The notes beneath the pieces are model-generated. The model was not told where the DNA came from. It saw only the letters and a list, made by a program, of their open reading frames with translations, and searched no databases. Shown piece by piece: positions 18,871-27,721 of a DNA stretch of 47,941 bases. Position numbers and translations under genes: made by a program. Each line of letters begins with the position of its first letter. Positions within the stretch are counted from its first letter, which is position 1. The DNA comes from a virus (Duplodnaviria; Heunggongvirae; Uroviricota; Caudoviricetes): the IMG/VR virus record IMGVR_UViG_2606217105_000017; one strand, written 5' to 3'.

Positions 18871-19297
18871 ATGTTTGGTATTTTCAAAAAGAAAACCCGC
18901 AAGGCCATTACTGAAGTGAAGAAAATGGAGAACCGCGACGCGGTGGAGGCGACCGTCTGGGGTGCATATTCCATTGCATACGCTGACGGCACCTGTGACG
19001 CGAAAGAAATCGCGGTACTGGAAAAAAACCATTGCAGCACTTCCTGTCTTTGCGCCGTTCTCCGGTGAGATTGCACAAATGAGTGCAAATATCCGCGCCC
19101 GTTATGAAGCGTCGCCGCGTTCTGCCAATGCCGAAGCTCTTCGTCAGCTGGCTGATGTTGCCGGTACTGATGATGCAGTTAATGTGCTGTGCCTGTGTCT
19201 GGATATCGCTGACCAGGACGGTATCGGTCAGGAAGAAGAAGCGCAACTGAAGAAAATTGCGCAGGCGCTGCAGTTGCCGCTGGAGCAGTACCTGTGA
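18871..19297 (+). pseudogene. TerB-like protein gene interrupted by a frameshift at an A7 run (19022-19028)
   Basis: Frame 1 (18871-19068) and frame 2 (to 19297) together give a TerB-like protein (..AYSIAYADGTCDAKEIAVLEK / ..LCLCLDIADQDGIGQEEEAQLKKIAQAL..); AAGAGGA SD. Confidence 0.6.
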
Positions 19298-19446
19298 AAA
19301 GTGCGCGCCTTGTGCTGGCTGTCATCCTGTTGTTTCTGGTAGTGGTGGTTGATTTCACCGGACGACTGATGTCGGTGCTGGCAGATGGTGTGCTGGTGGC
19401 GATGGCGCTGGTCGTGCTCCGGCCTTTACTGCGTAAATCTGAATAA
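19294..19446 (+). CDS. Small hydrophobic membrane protein (50 aa, GTG start)
   Basis: Hand-translated VKSARLVLAVILLFLVVVVDFTGRLMSVLADGVLVAMALVVLRPLLRKSE; GTGA overlap with TerB-like stop. Confidence 0.4.
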   Translation: MKSARLVLAVILLFLVVVVDFTGRLMSVLADGVLVAMALVVLRPLLRKSE

Positions 19447-19532
19447 CATCACACAAAAGGCATCTGCGGATGCCTTTGACGGGGTGTTTTTTACGGGTCG
19501 CTGGTGGCCCTTTTTTATTTTCAGGAGGAAGT

Positions 19533-19925
19533 ATGTCTGAACCCTTATCCGGTTCCGGCACGGCTGCGGCGCTGGGTGGCGCGACGGTATTCGGGCTGTT
19601 TACCGGGATGGATTTCGGGATTGTGTTTGGCGCGTTCGCCGGGGCGTTATTTGTGGCAACGATGCCGCAGTCACTTTCAGTCTGGCGCGTGGTGGCACAT
19701 TTTCTGGTGTCGTTTATTGTCGGCGTGCTGGGAGCGCGTGTGCTGTCAGCCTGGATTGCATCAAAAACAGGGTATGACGGTACATCAGCAGATGCGCTTT
19801 GCGCGGTGCTGGTCTCGGTTGTGTCGGTGAAGATTCTCTCGTTCATCCACCAGCAGGATATTGCATCGCTGGTGTCCGGTGTGTTCTCCCGCCTGCGGGG
19901 TGGAGGAGGCGGCAATGTTAAGTAA
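19533..19925 (+). CDS. Putative holin (130 aa, multi-TM)
   Basis: AGGAGG SD; Gly/Ala/Phe-rich transmembrane segments; precedes endolysin. Confidence 0.5.
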   Translation: MSEPLSGSGTAAALGGATVFGLFTGMDFGIVFGAFAGALFVATMPQSLSVWRVVAHFLVSFIVGVLGARVLSAWIASKTGYDGTSADALCAVLVSVVSVKILSFIHQQDIASLVSGVFSRLRGGGGGNVK

Positions 19926-20190
19926 CCTTCCCGGATTGCTGAATGTGGTGTTATGCACAGTTATCGTGCTGACGCTCTTTTTTTATCGTCGCCGTGATTC
20001 CAGACATAAACCGCTGGTGTCATGGCTGGCCTGGCTGCTGATGCTGCTGTATGCCTTTGCGCCCCTCAGTTATCTGTGTGGTCGCCCGTTAGCAACGGGC
20101 TGGCTGGAAGTGTTTTTTAACCTGCTGTTCTGCGTGCTGGTGATACGCGCACGCGGGAACGTCACAAAAATCTTTCCATTGTTGAGGTGA
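19915..20190 (+). CDS. Second lysis-cassette membrane protein (91 aa), holin or antiholin-like
   Basis: GGAGGAGG SD; two or three hydrophobic helices; between holin and endolysin. Confidence 0.45.
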   Translation: MLSNLPGLLNVVLCTVIVLTLFFYRRRDSRHKPLVSWLAWLLMLLYAFAPLSYLCGRPLATGWLEVFFNLLFCVLVIRARGNVTKIFPLLR

Positions 20191-20192
20191 AT

Positions 20193-20570
20193 ATGTCGGG
20201 TAAATTCAGATTTAGTCGTCGCAGCGAAAAGAATCTGGAGGGCGTTAAACCACAGCTGGTTGCTGTCGTTCGCCGTGCGCTGGAGCTGACGGAGGTTGAT
20301 TTCGGTATTACGGAAGGGCTGCGCACGAAAGAACGCCAGAAACAGCTGGTCGCGGAAGGGAAAAGCCAGACCATGAACAGCCGCCACCTGACCGGTGATG
20401 CGGTGGATGTTGTTGCCTGGGTTGGCAGCCAGGTGTCATGGGACTGGCCTCTGTACGAGAAAATCGCGCAGGCATTTAAGCAGGCTGCCGCAGAGCTGGG
20501 AACTGCCATCGAATGGGGCGGGGACTGGAAAACACTGAAAGACGGACCTCACTTTCAGTTGAAACGCTGA
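20193..20570 (+). CDS. Endolysin, peptidase M15-type (L-alanyl-D-glutamate peptidase-like), 125 aa
   Basis: Motifs ..SRHLTGDAVDV.. and ..WGGDW.. typical of M15 / VanY-like endolysins. Confidence 0.7.
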   Translation: MSGKFRFSRRSEKNLEGVKPQLVAVVRRALELTEVDFGITEGLRTKERQKQLVAEGKSQTMNSRHLTGDAVDVVAWVGSQVSWDWPLYEKIAQAFKQAAAELGTAIEWGGDWKTLKDGPHFQLKR

Positions 20571-20584
20571 TAACCAGGTGTGTT

Positions 20585-20767
20585 ATGAGCAGAAAACACT
20601 GGACACACAGAATACCGCGAGTGGCGGCGAAATGGGCACTGGTAGCGATACTGGTGCCTTTTTTATTGGTGGGATGCGTCAGCCTGGATAAGGCGCGCCA
20701 GCTTTTCGATACAGCTTCTCAGGTCTGTGAAATTGTCGACGGTGTTCGGCAGTGTATGCAGAACTGA
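20585..20767 (+). CDS. Small lipoprotein (60 aa), possible o-spanin-like lysis accessory protein
   Basis: Signal peptide ending in lipobox LLVGC, then a 29-aa Cys-containing mature part; AGGTG SD. Confidence 0.5.
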   Translation: MSRKHWTHRIPRVAAKWALVAILVPFLLVGCVSLDKARQLFDTASQVCEIVDGVRQCMQN

Positions 20768-20940
20768 TCGCCTGTAATAGCAGAATATTTTACTGAAAAA
20801 TGAAGGGTGCGCCAGCGTCCGGAAAGCATGAAATTCTGCTGCGTGTGCCAATTTTATCTTATTCATCCTAAATCTTGCCGAATCAAGATGAACTTTGATC
20901 AACTGCCTGGCGGCAAGGGGCATTAAAACAGGAGAAAATT

Positions 20941-21048
20941 ATGTGGAAATCTACAGGTGACAAGTTAATCACCGCGTTGATTGACGGCAAGCCACAATAC
21001 TTACGCATTGAAATGAGTGGTCAGCATGCTCGTTTGATTCGTGAGTAA
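20941..21048 (+). CDS. Small ORF (35 aa)
   Basis: AGGAG 7 nt upstream of ATG; hand-translated MWKSTGDKLITALIDGKPQYLRIEMSGQHARLIRE. Confidence 0.25.
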   Translation: MWKSTGDKLITALIDGKPQYLRIEMSGQHARLIRE

Positions 21049-21171
21049 CAGGCATTACAGCAGCCCTTCAGTGTGAGGGGCTGCGATAATGTCAAAGCTC
21101 GTTATCAGCACCCGCCGCGCACCCAGCGCACTGGCCGATAGCGGGCTTTTTTATTCATAAAGCGAGTCTGT

Positions 21172-21963
21172 ATGAGCGAGAAATTGAAGATCGGCTATCG
21201 CCCTTTACAAGAACTGTCTCCGTATGCACACAACGCCAGGACACACAGCCCTGAGCAGGTGGCACAACTGGTAGAAAGCATTAAGCAATTCGGCTGGACT
21301 AATCCGGTGCTGATTGATGAAAAGGGCGAAATTATTGCTGGTCACGGTCGCGTTATGGCGGCTGAAGTGCTCAAAATGGATTCCATTCCGGTCATCGTTC
21401 TGTCTGGTTTGATGGATGATCAGAAAAAGGCGTACCGCCTGGCAGATAATCGCCTGCCGATGAATGCTGGCTGGGATGAAGATCTGTTACGGATGGAGCT
21501 GTCGGACCTAATCAATGCTGATTTTGATGTCTCCCTGACAGGCTTCAGCCCGACAGAAATTGATGAACTGTTGACGGATGTTTTGCCCGGTACAGGAAAT
21601 GAGGAGGAGCCGTATACGACGAAAATTGATACGCCTGTTTATGAGCCGTCGGGCGGTAAACCGGATATCAGTGAACTGTACGACGATACGAAAACTCAGG
21701 AGCTGATCAGCCGGATACGTTCGGCGTCCCTTGATCCTGATATTGAGAAATTCCTCCTGTGTGCGGCAGAACGTCACACGGTGTTTAATTTCAGCAGAAT
21801 TGCGGACTATTACGCTCACGCCCCCGCTGAAATTCAGTGCCTTTTCGAGGATTCGGCGCTGGTGATCATTGATTATCAGCAGGCTATTGAAAATGGATTT
21901 GTCCGGATGACGCAGCGCATGGTGGAGATCATGCATGGCGGGGAGGAGGAGGAATATGCGTGA
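21172..21963 (+). CDS. ParB-like nuclease domain protein (263 aa)
   Basis: N-terminal ParB/Srx motif ..PVLIDEKGEIIAGHGRVMAA.. Confidence 0.7.
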   Translation: MSEKLKIGYRPLQELSPYAHNARTHSPEQVAQLVESIKQFGWTNPVLIDEKGEIIAGHGRVMAAEVLKMDSIPVIVLSGLMDDQKKAYRLADNRLPMNAGWDEDLLRMELSDLINADFDVSLTGFSPTEIDELLTDVLPGTGNEEEPYTTKIDTPVYEPSGGKPDISELYDDTKTQELISRIRSASLDPDIEKFLLCAAERHTVFNFSRIADYYAHAPAEIQCLFEDSALVIIDYQQAIENGFVRMTQRMVEIMHGGEEEEYA

Positions 21964-22888
21964 TGATTTTTGCGCCTTTATTCTGACTCACGGGCGACCG
22001 GACAAAGTTCTGACTTACCGGACGTTGCGTCGTGCTGGCTATACCGGGAACATTTTTATCGTTGTTGATGATGAAGATAAGACACGGCATCAGTACATAG
22101 CTGAATTTGGTGAACAGGTGCTGGTGTTTTCCAAATCCGATATCGCCAGTCGTTTTGACGAAGCCGATAATTTCGGTGACCGCCGCTCAATTTTTTACGC
22201 CCGTAATGCTTGTTTCGACCTGGCAAAACTGGTCGGGTGTAAATTCTTCATTCAGCTCGATGATGATTATCACGAGTTCCAGTTTCGGGTGGATCGCAAC
22301 TATGACCAGGCCTATTTTCCGATAAGAAAACTGGATGCGATCCTTTCTGAAATGCTGGCGTACTACGAATCAATACCTGCGCTTTCCATCGCTATGTCGC
22401 AGGGCGGGGATTTTCTTGGTGACAATGGCGGCCATGCTTCGTGGGTGAAACGCAAGGCAATGAACAGCTTTATCTGTTCGGTTGATCGACCGTTCTCATT
22501 CATGGGACGCATTAACGAGGATGTGAATACGTACACGAATCTCGGTCGCTGTGGTGAATTGTTTATGACGATCGGTGCTGTCCAGTTAGGGCAGAAACAG
22601 ACGCAGAAAAACAGCGGCGGAATGACCGAGCTGTATCTGGATTCCGGAACCTACGTTAAAAGTTTTTACTCCGTCATGTATGCGCCGTCGTGCGTAAAAA
22701 TCTCACTGATGGGTGCCAGCCATAAACGCATTCACCATCAGGTCACCTGGAACAACGCTGCAGTAAAAATCCTTCACGAAAAATACAGGAAGAAGACACC
22801 CTGCATATCAATGGGGGTGACAAATGATTCCGTATTCGAAAGTCGAGTCTCTGGCAGCGTGCCGGATGACTGCACAACAAATCGCTGA
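21956..22888 (+). CDS. Putative GT-A-fold nucleotide-sugar transferase-like protein (311 aa)
   Basis: Strong SD GGGAGGAGGAGG; motifs FIVVDDED and IQLDDDY look like DXD motifs; no methyltransferase PPY motif. Confidence 0.4.
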   Translation: MRDDFCAFILTHGRPDKVLTYRTLRRAGYTGNIFIVVDDEDKTRHQYIAEFGEQVLVFSKSDIASRFDEADNFGDRRSIFYARNACFDLAKLVGCKFFIQLDDDYHEFQFRVDRNYDQAYFPIRKLDAILSEMLAYYESIPALSIAMSQGGDFLGDNGGHASWVKRKAMNSFICSVDRPFSFMGRINEDVNTYTNLGRCGELFMTIGAVQLGQKQTQKNSGGMTELYLDSGTYVKSFYSVMYAPSCVKISLMGASHKRIHHQVTWNNAAVKILHEKYRKKTPCISMGVTNDSVFESRVSGSVPDDCTTNR

Positions 22889-23075
22889 CGTTCTGGATGT
22901 TGATCTGAACCGACTGAAAGAAAATCGGGAAGCAATGACAAATTTTTATGCGTCCATCCGTAAGGGCAGAGCGAAAGGTGAAGCCGAGCTACGGGCGGCA
23001 TTGTTTAAGCTTGCCAGAAAAGGGGATGCCTTTGCCCTGCGCGAACTACTCAGGGTGGATAAAAATCAGGATTAA
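22824..23075 (+). CDS. Hypothetical small protein (83 aa), overlaps the previous gene's 3' end
   Basis: GGGGGTGA SD before ATG 22824. Confidence 0.4.
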   Translation: MIPYSKVESLAACRMTAQQIADVLDVDLNRLKENREAMTNFYASIRKGRAKGEAELRAALFKLARKGDAFALRELLRVDKNQD

Positions 23076-23078
23076 CTG

Positions 23079-24170
23079 ATGAGCAGACCGGACTGGGGGG
23101 CGTTGCAGCAGGAGTATATTGCTGAATACACCCGCTCCGGTATATCTCCGGTGGCATGGTGTGAAGCAAGGGGACTGAATTACGCAACAGCCCGTCGTTA
23201 CATCAAAAAACCTCCGAAAAATGCGCAGACAGAAATGCGCAAAACTGCGCAAAAAAGTGCGCAGAAAAAATCTGCGCAGACTGCGCAAAAGCAGAACGGA
23301 AAATCTCAGAAAAAAAAGCCAGTATCCGATGCGTGCCTGAATAAGGGCGACACGGAGGAATTTTCGTTCTGTCCCGATGAATTCGGCATCTCAGAGCAGC
23401 AGACGAAATTTGCGATGCTGGTTGCACAGGGGAGAAAACTCGTTGAGGCATATCGCCTGGCAGGATACGAGTCAGAGGGGAATGCGGCCTACGTCACTGC
23501 CAGCCAGCTCCTAAGAAATCCTAAGGTTTATCGGGCTATCTCATGGTTCCGCAATCAGTACCAGAAACGCTATACCGCAGACCTAGATTTACTGGTGAGT
23601 CAGTTGATGGCCATTGTCCAGGCCGACCCCAATCAGTTGGCACAATTTCGCCGTGTTAACTGCCGTTATTGCTGGGGCGAGAATCATCTCTACCAGTGGC
23701 GTGATATTGCAGAATTCGATAAGGCAGCGGCACAGGCCTCCAGAGATGGCAAACCCGAGCCGGAATATGGAGGCCTCGGCTTTGTTGATAACGCCATACC
23801 CAATCCGGACTGCCCGAAGTGCTGCGGTGAGGGAACGGGACAGCTTTATATGGCTGATACCACTCTGCTTGATGGGGATGCGCGACAATTATATGCAGGG
23901 GCAAAGCTCGGGAAATTTGGTGTTGAGATCCTGCTGGAGGATAAGGCTGCCGCCCGGCGCGAACTTATCAAGCTGATAATGGCGACGAAAGGAGGTTCTG
24001 CTAGTGGTGCAACTGACAGTCGCAATGATCTGGAGCTTGAAGGACTGAGGCTTCGCAACGAAAAGCTGCGCACTGAGATTGAAAACCTCAAAAAAGGCGT
24101 GGGTGGTGAGAATAACGAAATAATTATCCACAACTCTCTGCCGATGCCGGGAGTGGATAATGTCGATTGA
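23079..24170 (+). CDS. Terminase small subunit (363 aa)
   Basis: Segment ..AYRLAGYESEGNAAYVTASQLLRNPKVYRAI.. resembles the TerS signature; directly upstream of TerL with overlap. Confidence 0.65.
   Translation: MSRPDWGALQQEYIAEYTRSGISPVAWCEARGLNYATARRYIKKPPKNAQTEMRKTAQKSAQKKSAQTAQKQNGKSQKKKPVSDACLNKGDTEEFSFCPDEFGISEQQTKFAMLVAQGRKLVEAYRLAGYESEGNAAYVTASQLLRNPKVYRAISWFRNQYQKRYTADLDLLVSQLMAIVQADPNQLAQFRRVNCRYCWGENHLYQWRDIAEFDKAAAQASRDGKPEPEYGGLGFVDNAIPNPDCPKCCGEGTGQLYMADTTLLDGDARQLYAGAKLGKFGVEILLEDKAAARRELIKLIMATKGGSASGATDSRNDLELEGLRLRNEKLRTEIENLKKGVGGENNEIIIHNSLPMPGVDNVD
23220..23290 (+). repeat. Array of six TGCGCA(G/A)A direct repeats inside terS
   Basis: Copies spaced 9-15 bp apart; encodes the AQK-rich low-complexity linker. 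Confidence 0.5.
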
Positions 24171-25488
24171 AATCTACCTCCCAAAACCTCATGAGGGGCA
24201 AATAGCTGCATGGACGGCGGCAATAGAGGAACGCTTCCACGCGGTATGCTGTGGTCGTCGCTGGGGTAAAACGGTGATGCTGGTGAACATCGCTACCAGT
24301 TTCGCGACGCGGAAATTTGCCGTTCCTACCACCGGGCAGCTTATCGCGGGTAGGGTGGGGATTTTTACCGCACAATACCGACAGTACCAGGAAATCTGGG
24401 ATGAAATTAGCGCCGTTCTGCAACCGCTGATCCTCAGTCAGTCAAAAAATGAAAAGCGCATCATTCTCCGGAACGGTGGCCGCATCGACTTTTGGGTAAC
24501 GGACAATAACAAACTGGCCGGACGTGGGCGTAAGTATCACGCTGTGCTGATTGATGAGGCCGCATTCACTAAATCGCCGGAAATGCTCGAGGAAATCTGG
24601 CCCCGCGCTATACGCCCGACGCTTGTCGATTACCGCGGCTGTGCGTGGGTATTTTCCACACCAAACGGTATCGACGAGAGCAATTTTTTCTACGCGATAT
24701 GCCACGATGAATCCCTGGGATTTGTCATGCACCATGCGCCAACTTCATCGAATCCGTATATTCCGAAAGAAGAACTGGAGGAAACGGAGAAGAAATCTGA
24801 TCCGCGCGTCTGGCAGCAGGAATATCTTGCCGAGTTCGTGGACTGGTCCAAAGATGCGTTACTCGATGTCGATAAGCTGCTGGTGGACGGTCAGCCGATT
24901 GAGATGCCACCGCATTGCGACATGATTTTCGCAGTGATGGATACGGCGCTGAAAGGCGGGACCGAAAATGATGGTACTGGCGTGGTGTATTTCGCTTATG
25001 AGTCAACGTATTCGGACGAGCCAAAACTGACGATTATTGACTGGGATGTGACGCAAATTAAAGCGTCATTGCTTCCTGAATATATCCCGGGCGTTTATGA
25101 CAACCTCGAGCGCCTGGCGAAATTATGCCGTCCGCGTCTGGGCAGCCAGGGAATTTTTATGGAAGACGCTGCGATGGGGGCAATCCTCAACCAGAAGGCG
25201 GAAACCGAAGGTTGGGATATGACGCCGATTAAATCGGCACTAACCAGCAAAGGCAAAGACGAACGGGCGGTGATGGCATCCAGCTACCACTATCAGGGGA
25301 TGTGCAAAATCGTCCGGGAGGCTTACGACAAGACCGTTTCATTCAAACGCACCACCGCAAACCACCTCATTAAGCAAATAGCCGGGTTCCACCTGGCAGA
25401 CAAAGACGCACATAAACGTGCTGATGACCTTTTCGATTGTTACACCTACGGATTGATTATCGCGCACGGTAATTACGCGGAATTGTAA
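24160..25488 (+). CDS. Terminase large subunit (442 aa)
   Basis: Walker A-like ..CCGRRWGKT..; C-terminal nuclease-domain acidic residues. Confidence 0.85.
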   Translation: MSIEIYLPKPHEGQIAAWTAAIEERFHAVCCGRRWGKTVMLVNIATSFATRKFAVPTTGQLIAGRVGIFTAQYRQYQEIWDEISAVLQPLILSQSKNEKRIILRNGGRIDFWVTDNNKLAGRGRKYHAVLIDEAAFTKSPEMLEEIWPRAIRPTLVDYRGCAWVFSTPNGIDESNFFYAICHDESLGFVMHHAPTSSNPYIPKEELEETEKKSDPRVWQQEYLAEFVDWSKDALLDVDKLLVDGQPIEMPPHCDMIFAVMDTALKGGTENDGTGVVYFAYESTYSDEPKLTIIDWDVTQIKASLLPEYIPGVYDNLERLAKLCRPRLGSQGIFMEDAAMGAILNQKAETEGWDMTPIKSALTSKGKDERAVMASSYHYQGMCKIVREAYDKTVSFKRTTANHLIKQIAGFHLADKDAHKRADDLFDCYTYGLIIAHGNYAEL

Positions 25489-25506
25489 AAATCTGGATTT
25501 TTTCTG

Positions 25507-26943
25507 ATGGCTGAGATCGAGATTTCTGTAAATCTCAGTTCTTCGCTGATGCGCATTCTTGAGGCTGAAGAAATTCAGCCGGGAACCGACATTGGCTATG
25601 AACTGTGTAAACTGCTGTGGCAGTACCACCCGCTGGGCGGGAAACTTGTCGAAAAACCCATACTGATGGCGATGTGTAAGCCGCGCCAGTACAACGTGGA
25701 GACAGACCCTGACGAGCGGGTTGTGCGGCGTTTTCAGGAGGTATGGGAACGTATGAAGGTTAACGAGAAGATTAAAAATCTTTTTTTTCTGTCTCGTTGC
25801 TACGGTGCTGCAGCGATCGGCGTGGGCACCGACAGTGTTTCATGTCGTGAACCGCTTCCGACGTTCGGACTGACAGAAGAGGATGTGTATATCAACGCGT
25901 GGGATCCGTTGAACGCTTCCGGTTCGATGGTGACTGACCAGAACCCAAACAGTCCGTTTTTCCAGGAAGCCAATAAAAAGCTGAAGATTGGCGGAAAAGA
26001 CTGGCATCCGTCACGCACACTAAAAATCTTCAACGGCACACCGATTTATCTGGAGTTTCAGAGTTCATCGTTCGGATTCACCGGGCGAAGCGTATTTCAG
26101 CGCGTTCTTTATTCCCTGAAATCCTATATCAATACGATGGAGGCGAATGATCTCGTCAGCCAGAAGGCGGGCGTACTGGTAGCTAAAGTTGTGCAGTATG
26201 GCTCGAAACTTGACGGGATCATGGCTGCCGCCACGGGACGAAAAAGGGAAAACGTCAAAGAGGCAAAAAATAAAGGTGTGCTTAGTATCGGGAAGGATGA
26301 GGATGTTACCTCGCTGAATCTACAAAACATCGATGGTGCGCTAAACGCTGCACGCGACAATATTATTTCCGATATTGCGTCAGGGAGTGACGTTCCGGCG
26401 ATCCTTATTAAAGAGGAAGCCTTTTCGAATGGTTTCGGTGAGGGGACCGAAGATTCGAAAGCCGTCAGCCAGTATATCGATGGTGTACGCCAGCAGATTG
26501 AACCTGTGATGGATTATTTCGAACGCCTGGTGCAGTACATCGCCTGGAACGAGGAATTTTATCAGTCGCTGAAAAATGATTACCCGGACATCATAACTGA
26601 CGACTATAAAACCACGTTTTACCAGTGGCGACGTGAATTTACCGCGACGTGGCAGGAGCTGGTGGAGGAGTCGCCGGACAAACGCCGGGAAAGCGACAGT
26701 AAAGTGATTCAACAGGCGATAGCACTTTTCTCTGCTGTGTCGCCACAGGTTGATCCTGAAAACCGCGCCGCCGTCACTGAATGGCTGGCAAGCCTTGTTA
26801 ATGCCACGCAAACCTATGGCGAAGCTCCACTCATCATTGATGTGGACGCGCTGGCGAATTATGAACCACCGAAGCAGGAGACGCCTGATGGCAATTTCCA
26901 TCCGGGCGGTGAGGAAGAAGAAACGGATCAGGACGCTGTATGA
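25507..26943 (+). CDS. Portal protein (478 aa)
   Basis: Size and position immediately after TerL; acidic C-terminus. Confidence 0.6.
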   Translation: MAEIEISVNLSSSLMRILEAEEIQPGTDIGYELCKLLWQYHPLGGKLVEKPILMAMCKPRQYNVETDPDERVVRRFQEVWERMKVNEKIKNLFFLSRCYGAAAIGVGTDSVSCREPLPTFGLTEEDVYINAWDPLNASGSMVTDQNPNSPFFQEANKKLKIGGKDWHPSRTLKIFNGTPIYLEFQSSSFGFTGRSVFQRVLYSLKSYINTMEANDLVSQKAGVLVAKVVQYGSKLDGIMAAATGRKRENVKEAKNKGVLSIGKDEDVTSLNLQNIDGALNAARDNIISDIASGSDVPAILIKEEAFSNGFGEGTEDSKAVSQYIDGVRQQIEPVMDYFERLVQYIAWNEEFYQSLKNDYPDIITDDYKTTFYQWRREFTATWQELVEESPDKRRESDSKVIQQAIALFSAVSPQVDPENRAAVTEWLASLVNATQTYGEAPLIIDVDALANYEPPKQETPDGNFHPGGEEEETDQDAV

Positions 26944-27721
26944 GGTTCTGACGGATGCCGTTAACTACTACGTAAATCACGGGTGGGATAGCGAAAAATC
27001 ATTGCTCGAATGGTGCCGGAAACTCCGTGTAGCCGCTCAGCGAGAAACCCCTGATGATACCGTAGCCAGAAAACATCTCACCGCTATCTACAGCCGTCTT
27101 GTCATCGACGGCGGGGCATTACGGGATCAGCCTCCTGACGGCCCTAAAAAAATCACTGTTGAAAAACTGAAACCTGAGTTTCGCAAGGAACTCGACAGGC
27201 GAATTTTCGCCAGTGCCAACCTGATAAAACTCAACCGCGAACAGGCTATCGAGAAAACCATACAGCGTTTTCAGGGATGGGTTACGTCCATTCCGCCTGA
27301 CGGGGTGAGCGAAATTGATCGCCGGGAAGTGAAGTCCGGTTTTCAGAAGTCCGTGAAGGATATGGATTTTATCAGTCGCCGGGTAGCAATTGACCAGGGA
27401 CATAAGCTGGCGAGCAACGTTAAGTATCTGCTGGCTGTTCAGAGTGGTGCGATTGCTCTGCGCTGGCATTCGAACTGGCGGCGTCCAGGCTACAAATACC
27501 GACAGGACCACAAAGAGCGCGACGAGAAAATTTATCTCCTCCGCGATTCGTGGGCGCTGGAGCAGGGGCTGATTAAGCCCGTATATGGTTTTTATGACGA
27601 AATCACTGCTGCCGGGGAGGAGGTTTATTGCAGTTGCGATGCACTGCCGATCTACGCCCCTCAGAAACTACCCGACGAATTTTTAACGGAGAAGGGCAAA
27701 CGTGAGTTTAACCGAGCTTGA
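26888..27721 (+). CDS. Head morphogenesis / minor head protein (278 aa from ATG; ORF track starts 26750)
   Basis: Position after portal; AGGAG SD before ATG 26888. Confidence 0.4.
   Translation: MAISIRAVRKKKRIRTLYEVLTDAVNYYVNHGWDSEKSLLEWCRKLRVAAQRETPDDTVARKHLTAIYSRLVIDGGALRDQPPDGPKKITVEKLKPEFRKELDRRIFASANLIKLNREQAIEKTIQRFQGWVTSIPPDGVSEIDRREVKSGFQKSVKDMDFISRRVAIDQGHKLASNVKYLLAVQSGAIALRWHSNWRRPGYKYRQDHKERDEKIYLLRDSWALEQGLIKPVYGFYDEITAAGEEVYCSCDALPIYAPQKLPDEFLTEKGKREFNRA

Noticed and set aside
19355-19915. 186-aa proline-rich minus-strand ORF (MPPPPPRRR..)
   Set aside because: Entirely antisense to the SD-supported holin gene; low-complexity translation typical of a reverse-frame artefact.
23846-24423. 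Minus-strand ORFs of 80-125 aa
   Set aside because: Antisense to the terS/terL junction; no start signals.
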